A stretch of DNA of 64,000 nt, taken from Bacteroidales bacterium. Lineage in GTDB: Bacteria; Bacteroidota; Bacteroidia; Bacteroidales; WCHB1-69. A program made the position numbers and the translations under genes. The notes under the pieces are model-generated. The model did no database searches. It was not told the origin of the DNA and saw only the letters and a program-made list of their open reading frames with translations. The stretch covers positions 21,202-85,201 of the forward strand of contig JBGURP010000012.1 of NCBI GenBank assembly GCA_045132055.1, in the 5' to 3' direction. This document shows, one piece after another, positions 49,045 to 57,888 of the stretch (positions are counted from its first letter, which is position 1; each line of letters starts with the position of its first letter).

Positions 49045-50055
49045 ATGGATGAACTACAACCCCCGTCGGCCATTAAGGTTCTGGTAATTCGATTGAGTTC
49101 CATCGGCGATATCGTGCTGACCACCCCTGTGGTGAGAGCTATAAAGAATCAGCTGAATCCTGTGGAACTGCATTATCTGACCAAAACCGCCCACGCACCA
49201 GTGGTAACCCCGAACCCGTACATCGACCACGTACATATATATGACCCCTCCAACTTGAAAAAGCTTATGGAGGAATTAAAAAATGAGAATTTTGACTATG
49301 TGGTCGATTTGCACAACAACCATCGTTCACGCCAGGTGACGCGCAAGCTGAACCGTCCCTATTTCAGGTATAACAAAGTGACTTGCAAAAGGGACATTTG
49401 CGTGTGGCTCAAACTTAATTTCCTGCCATATAACCATGTGGTGGACCGTTATTTTGACACTGTATTCCCACTGAATGTGCGCAATGACCACAAGGGACTG
49501 GACTTTTTCATTCCCGAAGGTGCGGATTTTGACGAGGATGACCTGCCCATGGTATTCGAAGACGGCTTTGTGGCAGTGGTTTTGGCCGGCGCACATGCCA
49601 CCAAGCGAATCCCATTATCCAAAGTGGTCGAAATTGGCAGCATCTTGCACAAGCCCATCATGTTGCTAGGTGGCAAAGACGTGTACGAAACGGGCGAGGA
49701 AATAGTCTCCCAGCTCGGCGACCGCGCCTACAACGGCTGTGGCAAGTACAATCTCTACCAGTCGTGCTCCATCCTCAAGCAAGCCGACTGCGTAATCACA
49801 GGCGACACCGGGTTGATGCACATTGCCGCGGCTTTCCAGAAGCCCATCGCAGTCCTTTGGGGCAACACCATCCCCGAATTCGGTATGTACCCGTACATGC
49901 CGGGCAATCGCGAACTGTTCCGAAATTTCGAGGTATGCCCCCTGCACTGTCGCCCTTGCTCCAAACTGGGACGCAAATCGTGCCCGCGGAGACATTTCAA
50001 ATGTATGCTCAACATCCCAGCCACTGAAGTGGCCGACTGGGTTAACAAATTCTAA
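49045..50055 (+). CDS. Glycosyltransferase family 9 (heptosyltransferase-like)
   Basis: IRLSSIGDIVLTTP, DLHNN, GDTGLMHIAAA, CRPCSK.G..CP..HFKCM; start re-called to 49045. Confidence 0.9.
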   Translation: MDELQPPSAIKVLVIRLSSIGDIVLTTPVVRAIKNQLNPVELHYLTKTAHAPVVTPNPYIDHVHIYDPSNLKKLMEELKNENFDYVVDLHNNHRSRQVTRKLNRPYFRYNKVTCKRDICVWLKLNFLPYNHVVDRYFDTVFPLNVRNDHKGLDFFIPEGADFDEDDLPMVFEDGFVAVVLAGAHATKRIPLSKVVEIGSILHKPIMLLGGKDVYETGEEIVSQLGDRAYNGCGKYNLYQSCSILKQADCVITGDTGLMHIAAAFQKPIAVLWGNTIPEFGMYPYMPGNRELFRNFEVCPLHCRPCSKLGRKSCPRRHFKCMLNIPATEVADWVNKF

Positions 50056-50069
50056 TACACCTTTTCAAT

Positions 50070-50843
50070 ATGCTGTTTGACCATCCCATCACCATACAAG
50101 GCAACGCCTTCTTCGTCTCCGACGCGCACTTGCGCACGCCGGAGGATCAGGACAGCAAACAGCGTGAGACTCTGTTGATCCAATTGCTCGAATCCCAAAA
50201 AGGAAAAATTCAGCATCTTTTCTTTCTAGGCGACATCTTCGACTTCTGGTTTGAGTATGGCGATGTAGTCCCTAAAGGTTATTTCCGACTGTTCAACTTG
50301 CTGTACGAAATGCATGAGGCAGGCGTTGAAATCTACTTTTTCACCGGCAATCATGACATGTGGGTGCAAGACTACTTCACCGAGCAATTCGGCTGTCATG
50401 TCTTCTACCAGCAACAGGCCTTCGTTCTGAACGGCAAGCGCTGTTTGATTGGCCACGGCGACGGACTCGGCGGCAAGCAACGACGCTACAACCTCATCAA
50501 ACGCATCTTCGCGTACAAACCCAACCGTGTGCTTTACAGCATGTTGCATCCAAGGCACGCCTTTGCCATCGCGCGCCACTTCTCTACCCGCAGCCGCGCC
50601 TCCCACAAACCGGAGGTCTTCATTTTCAAAAACGAAGAGGAATTCCAGGTTCAATATGCCCGCCAAGTGCTGCAGACCGAGCCCGTGGACTACTTCATCT
50701 TCGCCCACCGCCACATCCCTATTGAATACCGACTCACTGACAACTGCGTCTTCTACAATACGGGCGACTGGCTGACGAATTTCAGTTATCTGGTTTATAA
50801 CGAAAACGATGACGCACCCGTGATATTTCGTAAGGGCAAATGA
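50070..50843 (+). CDS. lpxH: UDP-2,3-diacylglucosamine diphosphatase
   Basis: SDAHL, GDIFDFWFEY, GNHD, HGDG, HRH, GDW metallophosphoesterase motifs. Confidence 0.88.
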   Translation: MLFDHPITIQGNAFFVSDAHLRTPEDQDSKQRETLLIQLLESQKGKIQHLFFLGDIFDFWFEYGDVVPKGYFRLFNLLYEMHEAGVEIYFFTGNHDMWVQDYFTEQFGCHVFYQQQAFVLNGKRCLIGHGDGLGGKQRRYNLIKRIFAYKPNRVLYSMLHPRHAFAIARHFSTRSRASHKPEVFIFKNEEEFQVQYARQVLQTEPVDYFIFAHRHIPIEYRLTDNCVFYNTGDWLTNFSYLVYNENDDAPVIFRKGK

Positions 50844-50857
50844 TTATTCGCCCCAAC
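50830..50857. repeat. Degenerate 28-nt REP-like palindrome containing the lpxH stop
   Basis: gtaagggcaaat-gatt-attcgccccaac (9/12 arm match). Confidence 0.55.
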
Positions 50858-50870
50858 AAAAACAACAATT

Positions 50871-51785
50871 ATGACAATAGACCCCAATATCCCAATACCC
50901 GCCAACCACCGCGCCGGTTTCGTGAACCTCATCGGCAATCCCAATGTGGGCAAGAGCACCCTGATGAACCAGCTCGTGGGCGAGAAAATCTCCATCATGA
51001 CCTCCAAGGCGCAGACCACGCGCCATCGCATCAAGGGCATCGTCAACGGAGAAGACTTTCAGATTGTCTATTCCGACCTGCCCGGCGTGCTCGACCCCGC
51101 CTACATGATGCAGAAGATGATGATGCGCTTTGTCATCGACTCCTTGCAGGATGCTGATATCATCCTCTATCTGGTGGAGTGCGGCGAGACCAAATACAAC
51201 GCCGAACTGGTGGAGAAAATCAAAAAGCTCGGACGACCGATCGTTTTGATTATCAATAAAATCGACAAGTTTACAGCCGAGCAGGTGGAGGAATCCAAGA
51301 TACATTGGCAAGAGATTTTCCCCGAATCGGATGTTTTTGCCATCTCCGCCTTGAAGGGGCAGAACATCGAGGCCATGCGCGACCGTATCATCGAGTTGCT
51401 GCCGCTGTGTCCACCCTACTTCCCGAAAGACGCACTTACCGACCGGCCCATGCGGTTCTTCGTTTCCGAACTTATCCGCGAACAGATTCTGTTGCAATAC
51501 AAGAAGGAAATACCTTACAGTGTGGAGGTAGTCGTAGATAGTTACAAGGAAGAGGAAAACATGATCCGCATCGGCGCGACGCTGTATGTGGAGCGCGACA
51601 CGCAGAAGGCCATCATTATCGGTAGCAAGGGCTGTGCCATCAAAAAGTTAGGCACCGACGCCAGAGCATCCATTGAGGATTTCCTGCAAAAGCACATCTT
51701 CCTCGACCTGTCTGTAAAAGTGCTCAAAGATTGGCGCAACAGCGAGCTGTTGATGAAGAAGTTCGGGTATGATTATGGCGATTAA
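50871..51785 (+). CDS. era: GTPase Era
   Basis: GNPNVGKST, QTTR, NKID, ISA, KH domain IIIG.KG. Confidence 0.97.
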   Translation: MTIDPNIPIPANHRAGFVNLIGNPNVGKSTLMNQLVGEKISIMTSKAQTTRHRIKGIVNGEDFQIVYSDLPGVLDPAYMMQKMMMRFVIDSLQDADIILYLVECGETKYNAELVEKIKKLGRPIVLIINKIDKFTAEQVEESKIHWQEIFPESDVFAISALKGQNIEAMRDRIIELLPLCPPYFPKDALTDRPMRFFVSELIREQILLQYKKEIPYSVEVVVDSYKEEENMIRIGATLYVERDTQKAIIIGSKGCAIKKLGTDARASIEDFLQKHIFLDLSVKVLKDWRNSELLMKKFGYDYGD

Positions 51786-51786
51786 C

Positions 51787-51868
51787 AGATTATAGATTAA
51801 AGATTAGAGATGAGAGATTAAAGAAAATCTTCCGTCTCTAATCTCTAATCTCTCATCTATAAACTATT
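51787..51868. repeat. Inverted pair of 7-nt arrays between era and hutI
   Basis: agattat agattaa agattag agatgag agattaa ... gtctcta atctcta atctctc atctata aactatt. Confidence 0.88.
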
Positions 51869-51872
51869 TAAA

Positions 51873-53126
51873 ATGGCAATATTAGTAAAAAACATCAAGC
51901 AACTGGTACAGGCTGAGCCCAAGGCGGTGAAGTTCCGCGCGGGCAAGGAGATGCAACATCTTCCCATCATCGAAAACGCCTATTTGTTAACCGAAGGCGA
52001 CAAAATCAAAAACTTTGGTCCGATGGCGGAGCTGACAGCCGAAAAACTGAATAAAGTAAAAGAGCATATTGAAGAGATTGATGCCACGGAGCGCATGGTG
52101 TTCCCGTCGTTCTGCGACTCGCACACGCACATCGTGTATGCGGGCAGTCGCGAGGTGGAGTACATCGACAAGATCAAAGGGCTTTCCTATGAAGAGATTG
52201 CCAAGCGCGGTGGCGGTATCCTGAACTCCGCCAAGCGATTGCACGAGACCTCCGAAGAGGAATTGTTCGACAGTGCGTGGCTCCGGCTCGAAGAGATGGC
52301 TTCGTTCGGTACGGGCGCCGTGGAAATCAAGAGCGGCTATGGCCTCTCCACCGAGGACGAACTCAAGATGCTGCGCGTGATCCGCAAGCTGAAGGAGAAA
52401 TCGCCGCTCACCATCAAAGCCAACTTCCTGGGCGCGCATGCGGTACCATTGCAATACAAACAAAACCCTGACGAGTACGTGGATCTCATCATCAACGAGA
52501 TGATCCCGATGGTGGCCGCCGAAGAGCTGGCCGACTACGTGGATGTGTTCTGTGACCAAGGTTTCTTCACTTGCGAGCAGACGGAGCGCATACTGATGCA
52601 GGGCATCAAATACGGGCTGCGTCCCAAAATCCACGCCAACGAGATGGCTTGCTCCGGCGGCATTCAAGTGGGCGTGAAATACAATGCACTTTCAGTGGAC
52701 CATCTGGAGTACACCGGCGACGAGGAAATCGCCGTGCTCAAGGGCAGCGAGACCATGCCGACGATTCTGCCAGGCGCAGCCTTCTTCCTGGGTATGGTGT
52801 GTGCCCCCGCGCGCAAGATGATGGAAGGCGGCCTGCCTGTGGCCCTCGCCTCAGACTACAACCCCGGTTCCTGCCCCTCCGGCAACATGCAACTCGTGCT
52901 CGCCATGGGCTCCATCATGTACAAAATGCTGACGGAAGAGGCCATCAACGCCACCACCATCAACACCGCCTACGCACTGGGCGAGCATGAAACGGTCGGT
53001 TCCATCACCAAAGGGAAAAAAGCCAACTTCTACATCACCAAGCCGATGGATACCATATATTATATGAGCTACGGCTTCGGCAGCAACAAAGTTGATCAAT
53101 ATTTCTTGAACGGGAAAAGAGCCTAA
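51873..53126 (+). CDS. hutI: Imidazolonepropionase
   Basis: DSHTH, GGGI, EIKSGYG, KIHANE, SVDHLE, SDYNPG. Confidence 0.96.
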   Translation: MAILVKNIKQLVQAEPKAVKFRAGKEMQHLPIIENAYLLTEGDKIKNFGPMAELTAEKLNKVKEHIEEIDATERMVFPSFCDSHTHIVYAGSREVEYIDKIKGLSYEEIAKRGGGILNSAKRLHETSEEELFDSAWLRLEEMASFGTGAVEIKSGYGLSTEDELKMLRVIRKLKEKSPLTIKANFLGAHAVPLQYKQNPDEYVDLIINEMIPMVAAEELADYVDVFCDQGFFTCEQTERILMQGIKYGLRPKIHANEMACSGGIQVGVKYNALSVDHLEYTGDEEIAVLKGSETMPTILPGAAFFLGMVCAPARKMMEGGLPVALASDYNPGSCPSGNMQLVLAMGSIMYKMLTEEAINATTINTAYALGEHETVGSITKGKKANFYITKPMDTIYYMSYGFGSNKVDQYFLNGKRA

Positions 53127-53128
53127 CG

Positions 53129-55039
53129 CTACCGCGCCACTACCATCTTCATGGATTTTCTTCCGATTCTGATGAAATACAGCCCAGAAGGAAGGTCAAA
53201 TTCCAAACGGAAGATGTTGACTCCACTTTGAAAACTACACAATTGCACTTCTTCTTGAAGACGCCCTTGCATGTCGGTTATGCTAACCGGCAAGATTGCA
53301 TTGCGATCCACGATGACACGAATATTGATGTGTCCTTGTGTCGGATTAGGATAAAAAGATAAGGAATCCAGCTCGATGTCTGGAAAGTCAAAGTACTCAT
53401 TCAGCTCCTGCCAGACAATCTCAGGCCGTTTTTTCAAAAACTTATCCATATTGTTCACCGCATTCACCCATGTAGATTCATTGACTGGCTCATGAAAACG
53501 ATGGATTTGGTTTTTGATTTCGGGTTTTATCTCATTCCGTATCATGGTTAGATATGGACTGGTCTGATTATAGGCGAACTCGTTTTTCTGCAATTGACTG
53601 AAACGGAAGAAAAATTGCTGTTGGAAAGACTCATTTTGCAACAATTTCCTAAAAAGCAGCGTGGAACGGGCATTAGTAGGCCATGCCAAATCCCCCTCAT
53701 CCGTAGCATTTTCAAAACCATTGAACTGAGGATACGTGAAACAGGCGTCTCCGTCAAAGAAAATCCATCGCCATTTGTATCCGGGAGCCTGCCAGCAGCG
53801 CATGTTGTTCGCTGGCCAATCGGCATTGGCAGAGAATATCTCCATAATCTGATAGTCGATAAAATTGTGAACGTCAATCATATCAGACACACGGCGGTAT
53901 TGCTCTTCGTCGGAAAAGTCAGCGGCGGCTACAAAATCCATGAGCTCCTGAAAGCCATCTCCACTACCTGCATCCAACAATCCAAACCAGTTGCCCATGA
54001 TGTTGAACAGCTCCGAATCCAGATTGTAATGATTCTCCAGATAACGTTCATCAGATCTCTCCTGAATAAAATAGATGCCCCAATACTCTCCATTCAAAAA
54101 CAGCACCACAGGACGAGTGTCCAAAACGTCAAGGTCGAGGTTGCGGGCCACATAATAACTCAAGGAGTTCTGCAGTCCGGCAGCAGTCCATGCACACACG
54201 AAAGGTTTCAGTACCAGATGTTTGAAACTGTTGATCTCACAATCGTCAAAAATCTTGTATTTGAAGCGTTTTTTGCCATACTCCTCGCGGGCATAGACTT
54301 TCAATCCCTTTTGCACCTCTTTTCTGGACTTTCCTCCGTGCGTGCGCAAGCCCGCCCGTTGGTTGAATCCGTCATTGTCCGGCTCATAGTACTCCACATT
54401 GCAATTGCGCTCCCACTCCCGGCCTGACATGTGATAATTGCCCGACCAATCCGGATTAGTGGGGTTAAAGTGCACCCCGGGCACCAGAATTCCGGTCAGA
54501 TAATCGAACAGAGCCAGCGAGTCGGCACAGAGGGAAACCACCGGCAGGTCAGGAAGCGTGCAGCCCAAATCTCGGATAAAGTAGGTCTGCGTAACCACTG
54601 GACTCACACACGTGCCCGCCTCATCAAAAGCCGCCGCCCGAATCACAATGGCTTTGATGACCGTGTCTGGAATATAAAAATCAGCATCGGGCCCCTGCTG
54701 TATCTTATAGATGTTGGATGACGACTGGTAACGGGCATTCAACAAGAGAGGCTCTTGATAACGGGGCGAAGACACCGTGGGCATACCCCCATTGGTGGTA
54801 TAATGAATATGGCCCGCAGGATAATCGCAATGCAGCGTCAGGAAAAAGGTATGCTCATAACGCCCGCCCGGCTTGGAAAAGGTTATGGTCCCCTGTGCTT
54901 GCAACAGCAAAGGGAATAGTAGTAATAAGCCAATATGCAGTTTTTTAACGATTAGAGATGAGAGATTAGAGATTAGAGACTTCACCCCTTTCACCTCCTG
55001 TACCTCTTGCACCCCTTGTACCCTTTTCACCCCATTCAC
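53129..55039 (-). CDS. CotH-family kinase with chitobiase/FN3-associated domain and T9SS type-A CTD
   Basis: IHYTTNG.P, GREWER, R.HG..SR, LNGEYWGIY..ER, DWPANN, WRWIFFD.D, C-terminal YPNP..GLYFI. Start uncertain (GTG inside the repeat array). Confidence 0.88.
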   Translation of the reverse strand: MNGVKRVQGVQEVQEVKGVKSLISNLSSLIVKKLHIGLLLLFPLLLQAQGTITFSKPGGRYEHTFFLTLHCDYPAGHIHYTTNGGMPTVSSPRYQEPLLLNARYQSSSNIYKIQQGPDADFYIPDTVIKAIVIRAAAFDEAGTCVSPVVTQTYFIRDLGCTLPDLPVVSLCADSLALFDYLTGILVPGVHFNPTNPDWSGNYHMSGREWERNCNVEYYEPDNDGFNQRAGLRTHGGKSRKEVQKGLKVYAREEYGKKRFKYKIFDDCEINSFKHLVLKPFVCAWTAAGLQNSLSYYVARNLDLDVLDTRPVVLFLNGEYWGIYFIQERSDERYLENHYNLDSELFNIMGNWFGLLDAGSGDGFQELMDFVAAADFSDEEQYRRVSDMIDVHNFIDYQIMEIFSANADWPANNMRCWQAPGYKWRWIFFDGDACFTYPQFNGFENATDEGDLAWPTNARSTLLFRKLLQNESFQQQFFFRFSQLQKNEFAYNQTSPYLTMIRNEIKPEIKNQIHRFHEPVNESTWVNAVNNMDKFLKKRPEIVWQELNEYFDFPDIELDSLSFYPNPTQGHINIRVIVDRNAILPVSITDMQGRLQEEVQLCSFQSGVNIFRLEFDLPSGLYFIRIGRKSMKMVVAR

Positions 55040-55043
55040 CTCT
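54950..55043. repeat. Composite 7-nt (x4) plus 9-nt (x7) array at the CotH start
   Basis: gattaga gatgaga gattaga gattaga; ttcacccct ttcacctcc tgtacctct tgcacccct tgtaccctt ttcacccca ttcacctct. Confidence 0.88.
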
Positions 55044-56393
55044 TTATCCTACTATGCCAGAAATAATGATGATGAGCAGCGCTGCCGGAGCTACGAATCG
55101 CAAAACTAAGTAGTAGGCTTCGAAGGCCTTAACTTTGAGCGTGCCACCGTTGGAAAGTTCGTCTTTCACTTCCACTTTCGGGAAGTACCAGCCCAGGAAG
55201 ATGGTCATAAGCAGTGCACCAATAGGCATCAGATAAGATGCCGTAATAAGGTCAAACAGCTCAAAGATGGTCTTACCGAAAATAGTTGACTCTTTCAACG
55301 GACCGAAGGAAAGGGTGCAAAATGCGCCGATGATGAATACCACGATGGTGCTAATCAGTGAGGCCGTACTCCGTTTCCAGTGCAGCTCCTCCACGGCAAA
55401 GGCCACCAGGATTTCCAGCAGGGAGATGGTGGATGTGAGGGCCGCGATGCCCAACAGCACAAAAAAGAGTATGGCAAACAGCGTTCCAGCCGGCATGCTG
55501 TTGAACACGTTCGGCAGCACGATATAGACCAGTTCCGGACCGCTGGCAGGATTCATGCCAAAGGCAAACACCGCCGGAAATATGACAATGCCGGCCAAAA
55601 TGGCCACCAAAGAGTCGCAACCGGCAATCCACAGGCTAGTATTGAACAATTTGTCTTCCTTGCGGATATAGGAACCGTAGGTCACCATCGCGCCCATGCC
55701 GATGCTGAGGGAGAAAAACGACTGTCCCAGCGCAGACAAGATACAGGAACCGTTCAGCTTGCTGAAGTCGGGTTTCAGAAGAAATGCGAGACCCTCCTTG
55801 GAGCCTGCGCCTAACGTGAGCGAGCGCACACACATGAGAATCAGCAGGATGAAGAGGATAGGCATCAGGATTTTGGAAACCTTCTCTATGCCCTTTTGCA
55901 CGCCCATCATAATGACCGCACCCGTGAGGGCGAGAAACAAACCTTGATACACCAGAGGCCAGAAGGAACCTTGGGTAAAATTCTCAAAAAGCTGGGTGAT
56001 GGCCACGGGGTCTTTGCCTGCCAACTTTCCGCCACTGGCCATGACGATGTAATTGAGTGTCCAGCCAGCCACCACGCTATAGAACGCGTAGATGAGGAAA
56101 GCTGCCACAATGCCGAACACACCGAGGGTAACCCATCCTTTGTTGCCATGGCTAAGCTTCTTGTAGGCGCCCACCACGTTGCTTTGGGCACGGCGGCCAA
56201 TGATGAACTCCGTCATCATCAAAGGCACGCCTATGAGGATGACAAAGAAAACGTAAACTAACAGGAAGGCACCACCGCCGTTCTGCCCCAGCATATAGGG
56301 GAAACGCCAGATATTGCCCAAACCCACCGCACCGCCGGCGGCTGCCAATATTGCACCTATGTTGGAGGTAAATCCACGTGTGTTATTTTCCAT
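55044..56393 (-). CDS. Sodium-dependent transporter, NSS/SNF family
   Basis: AVGLGNIWRFPY, NGGGAF, GQSFFSLS.G, TYGSY; start re-called to MENNTR (56393). Confidence 0.95.
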   Translation of the reverse strand: MENNTRGFTSNIGAILAAAGGAVGLGNIWRFPYMLGQNGGGAFLLVYVFFVILIGVPLMMTEFIIGRRAQSNVVGAYKKLSHGNKGWVTLGVFGIVAAFLIYAFYSVVAGWTLNYIVMASGGKLAGKDPVAITQLFENFTQGSFWPLVYQGLFLALTGAVIMMGVQKGIEKVSKILMPILFILLILMCVRSLTLGAGSKEGLAFLLKPDFSKLNGSCILSALGQSFFSLSIGMGAMVTYGSYIRKEDKLFNTSLWIAGCDSLVAILAGIVIFPAVFAFGMNPASGPELVYIVLPNVFNSMPAGTLFAILFFVLLGIAALTSTISLLEILVAFAVEELHWKRSTASLISTIVVFIIGAFCTLSFGPLKESTIFGKTIFELFDLITASYLMPIGALLMTIFLGWYFPKVEVKDELSNGGTLKVKAFEAYYLVLRFVAPAALLIIIISGIVG

Positions 56394-56427
56394 AATATTG
56401 TATTTTATTGTGTTTTGCGAATATAAT

Positions 56428-57213
56428 TTAAAACCGTCCACCAGCACCGCCACCACCGAAGCCACCGCCGCCACCAAATCCGCCAAAACCACCGAAACCA
56501 CCGCTGCTTCTTCCGCCGAAGCCACCACCAAATCCACCTCCCGTGTAATACGGACCGAAGAAACCACGGTCAGCATTCCCGCTGAATGGATCAGAACTGT
56601 GTGGAGTATTGTTCTTTTTGCTGAAAAAGACAAGTACAATAACTATGACGATAATGAGGAAAATCAGGAGTGCCAGAAAACCGTCCGAGTCATCATCTTC
56701 CAAATCCTCCGCTGAAATCTCCCCAGCGGCAAGGGGCAAAATATAGGCCAAAGCAGAATCTACTGCCGCGCCGTAGCGTCCCTCTTTGAGTTCGGGAATC
56801 ATCTTTCTTTCGATGATACGCTTGGCTATGGCATCTGGAATGGCCCCTTCAAGGTCATAGCCCACGGAAATGTAAACTTCCCCGTCGCCATGATCGTTTC
56901 TCGGTTTGATGAGGATGACCACGCCATTGCGCTTATCTTTGGAACGCACGCCCCATTGCTCGCCAATCTCGTAGGCAAACTGTGCCGCCGAGTAGGTGCC
57001 AATGTTGTCCACCGTAACCACACAGATGACATTGGTGGTGCTGTCGTTGAACGCCACCAGCCGCTGCTCCATGCTGCTCACCTGCTCAGGTGGGAGCACG
57101 CCGGCCAAATCATTGACCAGCCGTGGAGGGTTAGGCACAGGAGGTATGCCGACTTTAGCATAGCCGCACACCATCGCACATGCCAGAAGAAGGCACAGCG
57201 CAAGTCGTTTCAT
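56428..57213 (-). CDS. TPM domain protein with Gly-rich tail
   Basis: VNDLAGVL, WGV, VGYDLEG..PD, GGGGFGGGGAGG. Confidence 0.92.
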   Translation of the reverse strand: MKRLALCLLLACAMVCGYAKVGIPPVPNPPRLVNDLAGVLPPEQVSSMEQRLVAFNDSTTNVICVVTVDNIGTYSAAQFAYEIGEQWGVRSKDKRNGVVILIKPRNDHGDGEVYISVGYDLEGAIPDAIAKRIIERKMIPELKEGRYGAAVDSALAYILPLAAGEISAEDLEDDDSDGFLALLIFLIIVIVIVLVFFSKKNNTPHSSDPFSGNADRGFFGPYYTGGGFGGGFGGRSSGGFGGFGGFGGGGGFGGGGAGGRF

Positions 57214-57216
57214 CTA

Positions 57217-57816
57217 TTAGTTGAAGTTAAAATCCACAGAAGGGGCGTTCTCAGCTCCAGCAGTAGCCTGGAAATAGCCTTTCTTGTCGAAGTTGAACAT
57301 GCCAGCGATGATGTTGTTAGGGAACTTCCGGATATAGGTATTGTAGTCTTTCACCACCTCGTTGAACTTGTTGCGTTCCACGGCGATGCGATTCTCGGTA
57401 CCCTCCAATTGAGCTTGCAATTCCAAGAAGTTCTGGTTGGCTTTCAGCTCGGGGTAGCGTTCCACCACCACCATGAGGCGATTCAAAGCGGAGCTCAACT
57501 CATCTTGCGCTTTCTGGAACTGCGCAATGGAATTTTCGTTCAGATTGTTGGCATCCACTTGCACCGAAGAGGCTTTGGAACGTGCGTTGACAACTGCCTC
57601 CAGCGTGCCTTTCTCATAATCGGCAGCACCTTGCACAGTTTTCACCAAGTTCGGAATCAGGTCCAGACGACGCTGATAGGCGCTTTCCACGTTGGCCCAA
57701 GCGCCGGAGCAACTTTCATCTTTCTTGACCATCGTGTTATACGGCGTGATCATCATGGCTAACAGCAACAAGATGACACCTACTACAATAATAACGGTAA
57801 CGACTGATTTTTTCAT
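57217..57816 (-). CDS. lemA: LemA family protein
   Basis: YQRRLDLIPNLV.TV, ERYPELKA, LEGTENRI; start at MKKSVV (57816). Confidence 0.95.
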   Translation of the reverse strand: MKKSVVTVIIVVGVILLLLAMMITPYNTMVKKDESCSGAWANVESAYQRRLDLIPNLVKTVQGAADYEKGTLEAVVNARSKASSVQVDANNLNENSIAQFQKAQDELSSALNRLMVVVERYPELKANQNFLELQAQLEGTENRIAVERNKFNEVVKDYNTYIRKFPNNIIAGMFNFDKKGYFQATAGAENAPSVDFNFN

Positions 57817-57833
57817 TTTTGTATTTTTTAAAG

Positions 57834-57881
57834 GTTGAGACACACGGCCGAATGTTGAGACGCACGGCCATGCATCTGTAC
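57834..57881. repeat. One-and-a-half copies of a degenerate 28-nt REP-like palindrome
   Basis: gttgagacacacggccg (57834-57850) then gttgagacgcacggccatgcatctgtac (57854-57881). Confidence 0.65.
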
Positions 57882-57888
57882 AATAAGA

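Noticed and set aside
10283..53126. hutH and hutI (or nadC and nadD) as a pathway cluster
   Set aside because: Far apart or in separate transcription units; dispersed pathway genes are unremarkable.
56428..56545. ccaccgaagccacc repeats
   Set aside because: Encode the ordinary Gly-rich tail of TPM proteins.
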